Shown here: positions 46,976 to 60,063 of the stretch, one piece after another
How the letters are laid out: every line of letters begins with the position of its first letter
How positions within the stretch are numbered: position 1 is the stretch's first letter
Notes under the pieces: model-generated
Seen by the model: only the letters and a program-made list of their open reading frames with translations
Databases searched by the model: none
Told to the model about the DNA's origin: nothing
Made by a program: the position numbers and the translations under genes
DNA from: Takakia lepidozioides
Taxonomy: Eukaryota > Plantae > Bryophyta
Direction: 5' to 3'
DNA: 64,000 nt
Assembly: GCA_030704615.1 (NCBI GenBank)
Contig: CM060732.1
Span: 3,348,001-3,412,000, forward strand

Positions 46976-47650
46976 AAGAAATGAAAGACATGGGACATGA
47001 GTGATGAAAGAGAAGCTAGACGACAAAGATATTCATTAAAAGGGAAAGCTATCTGAAAGCTAATTATCCATATCTTTGGGAGAGAGGAATAGACATAGGG
47101 GAATCATCTGGACCTCTCACACCATCAAGATCAAAAAGTGCATCACCTATACCGGAAGAACTAGAGTTGGATGCCACTCCTTCTGTTTCTTTGCAAGAAA
47201 GATTAAGGGAATTGGTACAGGAAGAAGATCAATCAGAGGTGAAAGATCTGAGGTACATCCTTGGATAAAAGATTTGACAGAAATCTTTGATAAAAGTTGG
47301 CATGGAACACCAAAAGCAGGAACTTCAGTTTCTGAAGCAGAAGATGAAGAAGGAGATGAGGATGTGGCAGAGCCAACGGAGAGTTCAGACTCTCCAACAC
47401 CATTACAGTTGAGTTACATGAGTGAAGAAGAAACCCAAGGGCAGAACTTGAATGATGAAAACAGAGAGAAGAAATTGGAAGAGGAAGATATGAAGAAGTA
47501 GACCCAACAGCTGAGGTTGAGACTACAACCAGGACATCCCAACCCGTTGGACCTGGATCAAGTGGAGCACTTGGATCACAGGCCAACGAAGGTGTCGGCT
47601 CAGGGGGATCAGGCGGGCTGCCTGGATCTGGCTCTGGGGGGACAGGGAGT

Positions 47651-49200
47651 GTGGGAAGTAGTGCAACTGAAGCTGGGAATACTGTGAATATCGTGGGGCC
47701 AGAAGCAGGGAGTGCTCAAGGGCCACCACTTGGTGGAAGATCCACCACAAAAACAACAGGTCCAGAAGGACCAGCACCAGCAAGGGTGCCAGCACCTGTC
47801 AGTGGGCAGAAGGTAGGGCCACAGATGGCGTTACAACCAACACGGGCAAAACCACCCTTTCCAATATATTCAGGAAAAGGGGATCCCGATGTACACATTA
47901 GCCAATTTGAGCACATGTGTATAGTGAACAATGAGAATGGCGATGATGCCAAGATGAGACTGTTTCCTTGTTCACTTATCAAGAAAGCAAGTGAATGGTA
48001 TGCAAGATTCCCTGATAATCATTTCCTAACCTGGAATGGCTTGAATACAGCATTTCGAAATAGGTTTCAGGACAAGTAAAACTGAGGATGAAGTGTATGG
48101 AAGTTTACAACAGCTGAAGCAGAAGAAGCATGAAACTGTTGAAGAGTATATGGAGAAGATGGAATTGATGATGAAAAAGCTGGCTGCAGTACCAGCACCC
48201 GGTTTACAGAAGACTTGGTTTGTGAGTGGACTAAGACCAGAGTTGCAGAAGAAAGTGGATATGTTACCCCATAATACAGTGGAGGAGGCATTTGAAACTG
48301 CGAACAGAATTGAGCAATTGGGAATGCTCAGGAGAGAGAAAAGGAAGATGAGGACTCTGAAGATGAGTCAGATGAAGAAGAAGAGCAAGAACTAAAAAGA
48401 AAGAGTAAGAGAAAGGAAAAGTTGAAGAGGGATAACTATGAGAAAAGATTGGAAGAAATCTTGAAGAAGTATGCCACAGAGGCTGCAACACATTGGAGGA
48501 AGGGTGTATGGTGTGCAAAGTGCCAGAATGAAGGCCATACCACTACAGAATGCCACATGAAGGAGAAACACTGTACTATCTGTAAAATGGATAACCATTC
48601 TACTGAGAATTGTTACTACAACAGAAGGACAGCTGCCAGAGAACCTAGGCAAGTGAGGGTGCATCAGGTGCACCCCCAGCCAAGAAGAAGCAATGATCAG
48701 GACCACTATGGTAGGTCTGGTGGTTATAACAATGGCATGGAAGGAAGAGGTAATTCAAGAGGGAATTACCAAGAAATTCCAGAGGCAACTATCAGGGTAA
48801 TCCAGGGGGAATTACCAGCCCGGGAATCAGGATTATAGAAATAATCCAAGACCAGACCAAGGGCGAGGACCAATGGTGAAGAGCTATGTTACTATTGTAA
48901 TCAGCCAGGACATCGCAAGGCAGCCTGTTCATTCTGGATAAGACACCAGAATGAGATGAGAGCTCCTGTGAATGAGGGCCCAGTGGTGGCAGCTCACATG
49001 GTTAGGCCATGTGTTGTACCAGAAGTAAGTACAATGATAGTAACAAGAAGTAAAGCTAAACTAATACCTCCAGTAGAAGAGGAAGAAGATGAGACTGGAA
49101 GTGGCAATGATATGCCTGAAGAGGAAGAGACTTGGAAGGATGAGAAGGAACTGCACAAGGAAGTGGCAGATACTATAAGGAAATGCAAAAGAGTACTGAT
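47651..49200 (+). pseudogene. Gag (capsid domain plus three CCHC knuckles), frameshifted
   Basis: YSGKGDPDVHISQFE..LFPCSL..ASEWY, LKQKKHETVEEY; CAKCQNEGHTTTEC, CTICKMDNHSTENC, CYYCNQPGHRKAAC. Confidence 0.85.
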
Positions 49201-52200
49201 ATTCCTGTGGCAGATTCCTCTGATTCGGATGGAGAAAAAGAGGGAGTGAGGAAGAAAGGAGAAAAAGAAGATGCAGACATGCAAAGTAATGAAGAGACTT
49301 TGGCTGAAGTAATATGTCAGACCAAAGCAGAAATTACCATTGGACAGCTATTAGCTGTGGCACCTTATTGTAGGCACAGGCTGTATCAGGCAATCAATCG
49401 AATTGCCCAAGAAACAGGAAACACAGACCTGAACAGCAAGGTGACCAGTTATAATGTGAAGCCGGAAGGGCGAGAACCAGTCATGGACTTTGATGATTCT
49501 ATGCCAGTAATCCAATTGAGAATTGGAAGCACAGAACTAACTGATGTACTGATAGATGGTGGTTCTGGAGTAAATATCATGACAGACCAATTAAGGAAGA
49601 AGCTTGGTCTAAGTAACATGAAACCAGCCCCATTTACAGTAACAATGGCAGATCAAAGAAGTGTACAGCCATTGGGATTAATAAGAGGAGTTAAGATACA
49701 GATACAGAAAATGATCTTTCTGATCACAGTAACTGTATTAAAAATGGATGAAGTCATGGAGGCTTATTCCTTATTATTGGGACGTCCGTGGCTGAAACAG
49801 GCCAGGGTATTCCATGACTGGAATTCTCAGTTACTAACTGTGCATAATGGGATGCACGAGATACAAATTACCACAAAGAAATCTAGTAGATTACCTGCTA
49901 CAAGAAGACCTCGAGGAGTCAGAGAGTATGACTGGAGGGGAGGACTGGATGAGGAGCAGGAAGCTACCCTATTTGCTGCACACCCAGAGTGGGAGCAAGT
50001 TGCAGAGATGCGGCTGGAAAGCCTAAGTTGTTTGAGAGGTATCTGCTGTGGTGTAGTGACAGCAACACCAACTGAAGAAGAAACCAGCATTTACCCATCA
50101 CATTTCTATGAAGAAAGAGAAGGAGAAATAGAAATCCTAGAAGAACCAGCCACTGTGAGCTTACAGGATGAAGTGGTGACTGGTTGGACAATCACAGCTG
50201 ATGAGCAGGTGAGAGAAGTAAATGTGGGAACTCCGGAGGAACCAAGGATGGTGAAAGTAGGAGCTGATTTGGAGCCGGAATTCTTCGAAGAAGCTAAAAG
50301 CTTGTTCATCAAATACAGAGATGTATTTGCTTGGAGCTATGAGGATCTAAAAGGGATACCACCTGAAGTCTGTCAGCATAAAATTGAACTGGAACCAGGG
50401 TCAGTGCCAATCAAGCAGGCGAGGTATAGAATGAATCCCAACTACGCACAGAAGGTTGGAGAAGAGATAAAGAAGTTGGCTGAGGCTAAGTTTATATACC
50501 CAATAGAGTATACAACTTGGTTGTCACCCATTGTTATAGTTCCCAAGAAGAATGGCAAACTAAGAGTATGTGTGAACTATAAGAAGCTGAATGCTTGTAC
50601 GAAGAAAGATCCTTTCCCTTTGCCATTCACAGAAGCAGTATTAGACACTGTGGCAGGCCATGAGATGTACTCATTCATGGATGGCTTCAGTGGTTATAAT
50701 CAAGTGCAAGTGGCAGAAGAAGACCAAGGGAAAAACAGCTTTCATCACAGACTGGGGGGCTTATGCATACAAAGTCATGCCTTTGGACTTTGTAATGCAC
50801 CAGCGACCTTTCAGAGAGTGATAAGTGAATCTTTTCAAGAGTATCTGGATGATTTCATGCAGGTGTTTTTGGATGATTTCAGTGTGTACAGCTCTAAGAA
50901 TGAGCACTTGCATAAATTGGAGTTATGCCTGGCCAGATGCAGGATGAGAGGTCTGGGCTTGAATCCAGAGAAGTGTACTTTCTGTGTGAACTCAGGGGTG
51001 CTTCTGGGACACATAGTGTGTAAGAAGGGACTTCTGTGGATCCCAGGAAGACAGAGTCCATTAAAGTCTCTCCACCACCATGAATGTTAAGAGTTTAAGG
51101 AGATTCCTTGGGCAAACCAGTTATTACAGAAGATTTGTCAAAAGGTATGCACAAATAGCAGCACCATTGAGCAAGCTTCTGAAGAAAGATGCAGTGTTTG
51201 CCATGGACAGCTGAATGTCAACAGGCGTTTGAGGAACTTACACTGTCAGTAACAACTACACCTGTGCTGATTAACCCTCACTGGCATGTAGTATTTCATG
51301 TTCACGGCGATGCATCAGGAGAAGCGTTGGGAGCGGTGTTAGCCCAGAATGTTACAGGAATATAGATTCACCTGTGTACTATGCTAGCCGGTTGATGAAC
51401 AGTGCTGAGAGGAACTATAGCACAACGAAGAGGAAGCATTGGCAATGATCTATGCAGTGAAGAAATTCATTTCAGGCATTACCTATTGGGAAGAAAGTTT
51501 ATGTTTTATGTGGATCACCAGGCTCTGATATATCTGGTGAACAAACCTTTGATAAGTGGAAGGATAGCGAGGTTGGGTTGGTTAATAATCTTGCATGAGT
51601 TTGAGTTCGAGGTTATTTACAAGCCTGGCCGTTTGCATCTTGTGGCAGATCATTTGTCACGACTAACAACAGGAGAGGCCGCCACAGGAGTGGACGATCA
51701 GTTACCTGATGCGAGTTTATTTGTAATGGAGGTGCAAGGAAGTGCAGATGAATGGTTAGATTGGCAGTGGCCAATCAGATACTACCTGCTCATGGTCAGT
51801 GCCCACCTAGTTATGGTAAGGAGCAGAGGAAGAATTGCTATCAAGCTTTACCTTATACTATGGTAGGAAGCAGAATGTATAAGTTAGGACCTGATGGAGT
51901 ACTAAAACGATGCTGTGTTGTACCACATGAAGTAAATAAAGTCTTGGAGGAAGTTCATAAAGGAGTGGCTGGAGGTCATTTTGGAGAAGAGACTACTACA
52001 GTAGAAAGATACTACTCGCAGGTTACTGGTGGCCTACGTTGTTCAAAGATGTACATGAGTATTGTCAGAAGTGTGATGAATGTCAGAGGCTAGGACCTTT
52101 GCAGAGATCTGGAAGAATGGCCTTGCATCCTACAATGCCTACGGAACCATTTCAGAAATGGGGACTAGACTGTTGGACCAATTAATCCACCATCCAGAAT

Positions 52201-55200
52201 ACAACACACGAAACAGGTACATAATTACAGCCACTGATTATACTACAAAGTGGGTGGAAGCTAAAGCTTTGAGGGACAACACAGCCAAGTCCACAGGCAA
52301 GGTTCCTGTACGAGAACATACTTACACGATTTGGATGTCCCTTGAATTTATCAGTGATCAAGGAAGTCACTTCATGAATGAGACCATTGGAGTTATTGAC
52401 TAAAGAGTTTATGATTGTGCATAGAAAGAGTACAAACATATTACCCACAGGGTAATGGACAGGCAGAGGCTACCAACAAAATACTATGTACTATCTTGGC
52501 TAAGATAGTCAATGCAAACAGAACGGATTGGGATACAAAGCTGCTGACAGCTTTGTGGTCATACAGGACTTCATATAAAGTCACCACTAAGTATACACCA
52601 TTCCAATTAGTTTATGGTATGGAAGCCTTACTTCCAGTGGAATTCCTGTTACCTACCATGAGAACAGAGTGGGGAAAAGAATGGAATTGCAAGACTCCAT
52701 CAAGTCAGGAAACATGAATTATACCATGTGGAAGAAGTACGTGCTGATGCAGCTGATAATATGACCACAGAATTCAGATGAAGCGAAAGGAACAGTTTGA
52801 AAAGGCAAATTAAAGACTTTTAAGACGGGGGGGATTTGGTTTTATGGTTGCAGAAGAAAGGAAAGATTCAAGCTTCTAAGCTTAAATCACATGAAAGGAC
52901 CTTATGTCATACAAAAGATGTATGTAACAACACAGCCATGTTACAAACCATTAACAAGAAATGCTGGGAAGAGTCAATGCAAATAAGTTGAAGGGGTACA
53001 GTTATCCATGACAAACCCCTGCAACATGATTTGCATGTTGAACCGCAAGAGCAGTCACGGGCTGCACCCAGTGTTACGAACGGAGTATGGAACACTTGTC
53101 GCTAGGCCCAGTATATATGACCGGGTGGGCAAAACAAACGTGACACAGCCTATCACACAGCCCATCAAGGCGTGCACAGCCTATCACCCAGCCCATCACG
53201 ACGTGACACACGCCAATCACAGCCCGCGGCGCACCACAGCCTCATCACATCCCATCACGGCGTGACACGCCTATCACACCCATCACGACCGTGACACAAG
53301 CCAACCACGATTGGTAAACCCAGCAAGGCGCACACACAGCTTACCACAGCCCGTCACACGTGACACAGCCTATCACAGCCCGCACGACGTGACACACGCC
53401 ACCACAACCCATCAATGCGACACAGCCTATCACAACCTACCGCAGCGTGTCCCACCTATCACAGCTGTGCAGCGCACATGTGCAACACAGCCTATCACAA
53501 CACCATCACACACCTCACAGCTCAAGAAAGCCTACTAAAGTTACACGATCCATAAAATCATGACAAGTGGACACCTCAAANNNNNNNNNNNNNNNNNNNN
53601 NNNNNNNNNNNNNNNNNNNNNNNNNNNNNNNNNNNNNNNNNNNNNNNNNNNNNNNNNNNNNNNNNNNNNNNNNNNNNNNNNNNNNNNNNNNNNNNNNNNN
53701 NNNNNNNNNNNNNNNNNNNNNNNNNNNNNNNNNNNNNNNNNNNNNNNNNNNNNNNNNNNNNNNNNNNNNNNNNNNNNNNNNNNNNNNNNNNNNNNNNNNN
53801 NNNNNNNNNNNNNNNNNNNNNNNNNNNNNNNNNNNNNNNNNNNNNNNNNNNNNNNNNNNNNNNNNNNNNNNNNNNNNNNNNNNNNNNNNNNNNNNNNNNN
53901 NNNNNNNNNNNNNNNNNNNNNNNNNNNNNNNNNNNNNNNNNNNNNNNNNNNNNNNNNNNNNNNNNNNNNNNNNNNNNNNNNNNNNNNNNNNNNNNNNNNN
54001 NNNNNNNNNNNNNNNNNNNNNNNNNNNNNNNNNNNNNNNNNNNNNNNNNNNNNNNNNNNNNNNNNNNNNNNNNNNNNNNNTGCAGTGCCCACCTAGTTAT
54101 GGTAAGGAGCAAAGGAAAAAGAATTGCTATCAGAGCTTTACCTATACTATGGTAGGAAGCAGAATGTATAAGTTAGGACCTGATGGAGTACTAAACGATG
54201 CTTGTACCACCATGAAGTAAATAAAGTCTTGGAGGAAGTTCATAAGGAGTGGCTGGAGGTCATTTTGGAGAAGAGACTACCAGTAGAAAGATACTACTCG
54301 CAGGATACTGGTGGCCTACGTTGTTTCAAAGATGTACATGAGTATTGTCAGAAGTGTGATGATGTCAGAGGCTAGGACCTTTGCAGAGATCTGGAAGAAT
54401 GGCCTTGCATCCTACAATGCCTACGGAACCATTTCAGAAATGGGGACTAGACTTTGTTGGACCAATTAATCCACCATCCAAGAATACACGAAACAGGTAC
54501 ATAATTACAGCCACTGATTATACTACAAAGTGGGTGGAAGCTAAAGCTTTGAGGGACACACAGCCAAGTCCACAGCAAGGTTCCTGTACGAGAACATACT
54601 TACACGATTTGGATGTCCCTTAGAATTTATCAGTGATCAAGGAAGTCACTTCATGAATGAGACCATTGAGTTATTGACTAAAGAGTTTATGATTGTGCAT
54701 AGAAAGAGTACAACATATTACCCACAGGGTAATGGACAGGCAGAGGCTACCAACAAAATACTATGTACTATCTTGGCTAAGATAGTCAATGCAAACAGAA
54801 CGGATTGGGATACAAAGCTGCTGACAGCTTTGTGGTCATACAGGACTTCATATAAAGTCACCACTAAGTATACACCATTCCAATTAGTTTATGGTATGGA
54901 AGCCTTACTTCCAGTGGAATTCCTGTTACCTACCATGAGAACAGAGTGGGGAAAAAGAATGGAATTGCAAGACTCCATCAAGGTCAGGAAACATGAATTA
55001 TACCATGTGGAAGAAGTACGTGCTGATGCAGCTGATAATATGACCAGAATTCAGATGAAGCGAAAGGAACAGTTTGATAAAGGCAAATTAAAGACTTTTA
55101 AGACGGGGGATTTGGTTTTATGGTTGCAGAAGAAAGGAAAGATTCAAGCTTCTAAGCTTAAATCACCATGGAAAGGACCTTATGTCATACAAAAGATGTA

Positions 55201-55270
55201 TGATAACAACACAGCCATGTTACAAACCATTAACAAGAAATGCTGGGAAGAGTCAATGCAAATAAGTTGA
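49183..55270 (+). pseudogene. Pol (PR-RT-RH-IN); integrase region duplicated across the assembly gap
   Basis: LIDGGSG protease, FMDGFSGYNQ and FLDD RT motifs, [24 protein letters not shown]. Confidence 0.9.
53581..54080. other. Assembly gap (500 N)
   Basis: Run of n. Confidence 1.
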
Positions 55271-58200
55271 AGGGGTACAGTGGTATCCATGACAAACCCC
55301 TGCAACATGATTTGCATGTTGAACCGCAAGAGCAGTCACGGGCTGCACCAGTGTTACGAACGGAGTATGGAACACTTGTCGCTAGGCCCAGTATATATGA
55401 CCGGGGTGGGCAAAACAAACGTGACACAGCCTATCACAGCCCATCAAGGCGTGACACAGCCTATCACAGCCCATCACGACGTGACACAGCCAACCACAGC
55501 CCAGCAAGGCGCACCACAGCCTATCACAGCCCATCACGGCGTGACACAGCCTATCACAGCCCATCACGACGTGACACAGCCAACCACAGCCCAGCAAGGC
55601 GCAACACAGCTTACCACAGCCCGTCACGACGTGACACAGCCTATCACAGCCCGTCACGACGTGACACAGCCAACCACAACCCAGCAAGGCGTGACACAGC
55701 CTATCACAACCTACCGCAGCGTGTCACAGCCTATCACAGCTTACCACAGTGCAACACAGCCTATCACAGCTCAAGACAGCCTACTAAAGTTACACGATCC
55801 ATAGAATCAGTGACAAGTGGACACATAAAAACTTCAGTAAAATGGCTGAAGGAAGAAGAAACGGAAATTAATTTAAAAATAGACACGTGGAGGTCAGGGT
55901 GCGACACACAGCAGAGAATGAAGTGCAAGGACAGGTGTCAAAAAGAAAGAGGACAAGAACGGCCGTCAAAAGGGATGAAAGGCGGACCCATTAATGATTA
56001 CGGAAAAAGGGAAACAGAACGAACGGCAAGTACAGAAAAGCCGAATTCATGTCGCATGTGTGATCCTAGTGGACTATCCAACAGGGAAAGTCCACTAAAG
56101 AAGATAAAAGTTAAAATCCAGTCACAGCGGCCACAGCCAATAGAAAACCAGAAAAATGATCAAGAAAATGGAGGGAAATTGAGCGCAAGAGGCGGCGTCG
56201 TTCAGAGTAACGGGCGTCTCGACAGGACAGGCCATAAATGCTATAACTTGGAAACTATGGAGGAACTAACAGACATTACGCTCGCAATATTACTTACGCA
56301 GTGGCAGAGACACGAAACGAAAGAGCAGAGCTTTTCTCTTGAACAATGCTTGCAAGCCCCGCAGGCTTACAAGAGGTTACCCATAGCTTTCTGCGGCAAC
56401 CATACGTTTCTGCTTTGTGCACTACAGGCACTCCTGCAGTTGTTACAGCCAAAGCAGTTCGGTGAGTCTAAGATGAAGAGAGTGAGAGGAATGGAGGAAA
56501 TCAGGGTGAAGAGCACCACCATTCTGCAGAAACAAACGATGGCTACCCCACAGGCGACAAAGATACTGAAGGAGCTGAGATTGGAAGGATTGCAAAGCAA
56601 GGATTGGACACTACACCATAGACAGTACATGTTACAATTTTTGCAGAACTTTGAGCCAAAGACAGGAACAACAACGGTGAAGGGAGTTGAATTAATGATT
56701 ACTCCCCTATACCTCCAGCAATTGTTTCAATTGCCAGCAGGTCATGTGTATGTGGAAGAACACAGGGAAAGACTGCAAATAGGGGATTTATTCCAAGAAG
56801 GGAGTTTCTTTAAAACTCAGGGTTATGCTTGTACCAAAGCTGTGTACCCAGGGTTAAAAGACATAAGCCAAGTATTGAACGTTCTGATTGCCCTGAAACA
56901 GAACCAACAATATTTGAGCAAATCCTTCACAGAGGAAATCCTCAAAGGCTTGAAGGGACAAGAGGTACTATGGGCGGACATAATGTACAACGCACTGGTA
57001 GAGGAGATGAAAAGATTACAAAGTACTACCGCAAAATCTCCTATCATAGTGTCTGGCCCAATCATTGCTCAAATAATCCTTAGTTCGGGCATACTTAATG
57101 CACAAGAAAGGAAGGAAATGGGAGTGTTTGAGCCAGAAACAACTGCAATGGAAGAGCAAGGCTCTTCACACAGTGAGGGTGGACTAGCAGCACAACCAGA
57201 GACTAAGAGGCAGAGAAGGGGAAAGACTGTAGTGGCGGATCCACTGGCTTCACGGATTCCGCATGATAATGTTTCCCAAGCTCATAACCAGGAAGGGGCA
57301 CAGCAGCACAAAAGAATGTTATTACTGGAAGCAGGACCTTCAGAGAGGGAGGAAGAAGTTACTTCTGCATCACAACCAACACAGCCACTTGAACGACTTG
57401 TCACAAGGTCACAAGTTATCCATGCAGCTCAAACCGAAATAATTGATTTGGAAAGTGAAGGGATAGAGATTCCAACTACAGAGCAGATAGTGGCAGAAAT
57501 AGAGAAAGGGGACCTTCTCTATGAATATTCTGGTCTGGTAAAGGAGACAGAAATCCCAGAGGTGCAACAGTTGCCCAAAGGAAATCCTGAGGTGCATATA
57601 ATGCACACACCTGTGTTGGAGGTACCACAGGCAGAAGGCCATGACACTGTAGCACCGGTCATGAATGAAGTAGTTCAGGAAGAAAATCCGGTGGGACAAT
57701 GGTCTGAATGGTTAGTGAGACATCATACTGTTGAAGATCGGGAGGAACAGCAGCAACCTCACCATGATGACCCTCAACAGGAAATGCTGATGAGTTCCAT
57801 AGGCAGGACACTTAATTTGTTGGGGACTTATGTCAAAACCCATGTTCCAATTACCCAATTGACAGCCTTGAAAGAAGAACTCAGGAAGGAGTTTGAGGCT
57901 CGACTTGCCACTGAGTGTGCAAACAAGGTCGATGAAGAGGTCACTCTCAAGATGAAGCAGGACTTGGCCAATACAGAAATGGCTTTGCAATTAGCCAAGC
58001 AACAATTGATTGAGGCAGGCCTCGCGCAAGACCAGTTGCACGAAGCACATAAGCAACAGCTATACCAAATGCAGGTGCAGCATGAAAGCAAGTTGCAAGA
58101 ACTGAATGCACTACATACGGAGTTGCAAACAGTGCATAACAGGATGGCAATACAATGCGCTACAATTACAACTATGCTTGACCAATCAACAAAAGAAATA

Positions 58201-59907
58201 AACAGTCAAGCGGAAAAATGTACGAAGGCAGAAGAAGAGAATGCGGAGCACATGAAGCTCATTGTCGATATGAAGAATACAATCTGTCGCAATGAAGATA
58301 CTCTCAAGCAATACAGGCAGATGGAAGCTGAGAATGAGAAATACATCGTGGAGTTGCAACAAAACATCGTGGCCAATAGAAATGAAATCTCAATCAGTAA
58401 CAAGGCTTCGAAAGAAGCCAATAATCTACTTGTTGCCTATGCGCAATTGGTTGAGCCACAGGCGAAGCGCATGAAGGATTTACAACAGCAGTTGGAATTG
58501 TATAAGCTAAGAGAGGAGCAAACTCTCAGGGGAACCACAAGCAGCTTGGTGGATAACAGCCTTATGCAGGTCTGGCTAGCACAAGGGCCAGTAGAAGGCA
58601 AAGCCCCACGGAAGCTCACCCAAAGCGAGATGAATGAGCTTAGACTGCAGGTGCAGAACATTGCCACAACTACTATAGACAATGTCTATAGTAGGATAGC
58701 AGAGTTACAAGAGGATGTAGACGGACTCCAGACTCAAGTGGAAGACCTCACTTCAAACATCGACCAAAGAGTCTATATCCCTCGGGAACAGCTAATGGCT
58801 TCTTATTTGAAAGCCAGAACTCTGGCTTTTCAGTCTTCACAGGAGGTGCAAGAGATGCCAATGGTACAGGAACCACTACCACCACCACCACAACAGGTCA
58901 GTGTACCAGTAACTGAACCTGTGGTTACTACAACCACACCACAGCCACCACAGCCGGAGGTATGGGGCAATGCAGCTTTTAACCCACCTAAAACTCCAGC
59001 TGCCAGGGAGTACAGTAGGGCTATGATTATGCCCTTCAACCAAATTCCATTCATGTTGGATTTGGCTTGGAAAGAATTTAGTCCTCCGCAGTCATTCGCA
59101 CATTACTACCAAATCATGCGTATTTGGCTGCCAGTGGCAACCAGGACTAAAGTTCTTCCAAACAATCGACATATTGAAGATCATCACTTTGCACAATACT
59201 GGCACGAGGCAGGTACAATGTTGAGGGAATTGGTTGCTTTCCAGGTTGTACATGGACTCATTTATACCAAGACCAAGGAGATAGCAAGTATTGTCATGGG
59301 GTGCGGGCTATACTACGCTGCTTGTTTTCTGATACGTTACCACATTGAGCAACAAAAGATGCAAGCACGCTTTCAAAGTTACTCCAGTGGAGATCATTGG
59401 GTATTACCTTCGGTGCCACCTCATATGTACCTATATGACCCAAAAGTTATGATACAGAAGGATTCTCAAATTCGTTCATGGTTTCAAGCAGCCTGCAACA
59501 ATTTGTCAACACAGAAATTCGGACTTGATGACATTTTCTATAAGGGACATATCGCATGGAAATACTTGCACGCGGCACCAGTAATTGGTACCCCACTCAT
59601 TTGGACAGACAAGGAGCTCAGTGTCTACACCAATTTTGCTGTTCAACGGTTGCACCAGGTTGTAAAATGCAAACTTCCAGACATGGTAGGACAGCATTGT
59701 ATGCCCCAGATGATTCCACAAAAAGTTCGAAAATTAAAACACCTAAGAGGCGATGACGATTCTGATACAACTGGTTCTTCACAAAATTCTTTTGACATGG
59801 GAGAAGACTATACAATTCAGATGGAAGCGAAGAAACAAAAGGGGATCTCCTCTGCCGGAAAGATTACCTCGATATCAGCCTCCAGAAGGCCTCACTTATC
59901 CAGGTAG
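55240..59907 (+). CDS. Large 3' accessory ORF (Athila ORF1/Transposase_32-like N-terminal region, acidic linker, long coiled coil, C-terminal globular region); real start probably ~56257 or later
   Basis: 1555-aa uninterrupted frame ending ~140 bp before the PPT. LQFLQNF..TVKGVEL.IT..LQQLFQLP resembles the 'EFYAN..VRG..I..IN..L.L' pattern; heptad-rich region ~57850-58770. Confidence 0.7.
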   Translation: MLGRVNANKLKGYSGIHDKPLQHDLHVEPQEQSRAAPVLRTEYGTLVARPSIYDRGGQNKRDTAYHSPSRRDTAYHSPSRRDTANHSPARRTTAYHSPSRRDTAYHSPSRRDTANHSPARRNTAYHSPSRRDTAYHSPSRRDTANHNPARRDTAYHNLPQRVTAYHSLPQCNTAYHSSRQPTKVTRSIESVTSGHIKTSVKWLKEEETEINLKIDTWRSGCDTQQRMKCKDRCQKERGQERPSKGMKGGPINDYGKRETERTASTEKPNSCRMCDPSGLSNRESPLKKIKVKIQSQRPQPIENQKNDQENGGKLSARGGVVQSNGRLDRTGHKCYNLETMEELTDITLAILLTQWQRHETKEQSFSLEQCLQAPQAYKRLPIAFCGNHTFLLCALQALLQLLQPKQFGESKMKRVRGMEEIRVKSTTILQKQTMATPQATKILKELRLEGLQSKDWTLHHRQYMLQFLQNFEPKTGTTTVKGVELMITPLYLQQLFQLPAGHVYVEEHRERLQIGDLFQEGSFFKTQGYACTKAVYPGLKDISQVLNVLIALKQNQQYLSKSFTEEILKGLKGQEVLWADIMYNALVEEMKRLQSTTAKSPIIVSGPIIAQIILSSGILNAQERKEMGVFEPETTAMEEQGSSHSEGGLAAQPETKRQRRGKTVVADPLASRIPHDNVSQAHNQEGAQQHKRMLLLEAGPSEREEEVTSASQPTQPLERLVTRSQVIHAAQTEIIDLESEGIEIPTTEQIVAEIEKGDLLYEYSGLVKETEIPEVQQLPKGNPEVHIMHTPVLEVPQAEGHDTVAPVMNEVVQEENPVGQWSEWLVRHHTVEDREEQQQPHHDDPQQEMLMSSIGRTLNLLGTYVKTHVPITQLTALKEELRKEFEARLATECANKVDEEVTLKMKQDLANTEMALQLAKQQLIEAGLAQDQLHEAHKQQLYQMQVQHESKLQELNALHTELQTVHNRMAIQCATITTMLDQSTKEINSQAEKCTKAEEENAEHMKLIVDMKNTICRNEDTLKQYRQMEAENEKYIVELQQNIVANRNEISISNKASKEANNLLVAYAQLVEPQAKRMKDLQQQLELYKLREEQTLRGTTSSLVDNSLMQVWLAQGPVEGKAPRKLTQSEMNELRLQVQNIATTTIDNVYSRIAELQEDVDGLQTQVEDLTSNIDQRVYIPREQLMASYLKARTLAFQSSQEVQEMPMVQEPLPPPPQQVSVPVTEPVVTTTTPQPPQPEVWGNAAFNPPKTPAAREYSRAMIMPFNQIPFMLDLAWKEFSPPQSFAHYYQIMRIWLPVATRTKVLPNNRHIEDHHFAQYWHEAGTMLRELVAFQVVHGLIYTKTKEIASIVMGCGLYYAACFLIRYHIEQQKMQARFQSYSSGDHWVLPSVPPHMYLYDPKVMIQKDSQIRSWFQAACNNLSTQKFGLDDIFYKGHIAWKYLHAAPVIGTPLIWTDKELSVYTNFAVQRLHQVVKCKLPDMVGQHCMPQMIPQKVRKLKHLRGDDDSDTTGSSQNSFDMGEDYTIQMEAKKQKGISSAGKITSISASRRPHLSR
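55420..55770 (+). repeat. 30-bp tandem repeat after integrase (GTGACACAGCCTATCACAGCCCATCACGAC-like)
   Basis: Translates as repeated RRDTAYHSPS; a noisier copy lies at 53140-53520. Confidence 0.9.
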
Positions 59908-60046
59908 TAATCAACCATCTCCATCAACCAGAGACAGACCTCGGGCTCGTACACACAGCCCACCACGAAACTCTCAACGTCAACAAAGTGATCACTCACA
60001 AAGGTTTGCTACTCGAAAACAGTAAACCGTGAGGACACGGCTTTTT

Positions 60047-60063
60047 GAGGGGGGAAGGGGTAA
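60047..60063 (+). promoter_or_regulatory. Polypurine tract
   Basis: GAGGGGGGAAGGGG followed by TAA and the 3' LTR TG. Confidence 0.9.

Noticed and set aside
53541-54220. ORFs spanning the N run
   Set aside because: Artefacts of the assembly gap.
51770-55830. Tandem duplication of integrase and the downstream repeat
   Set aside because: The two copies flank a 500-N gap and the left copy is indel-riddled towards the contig end. This is most likely an unmerged contig overlap.
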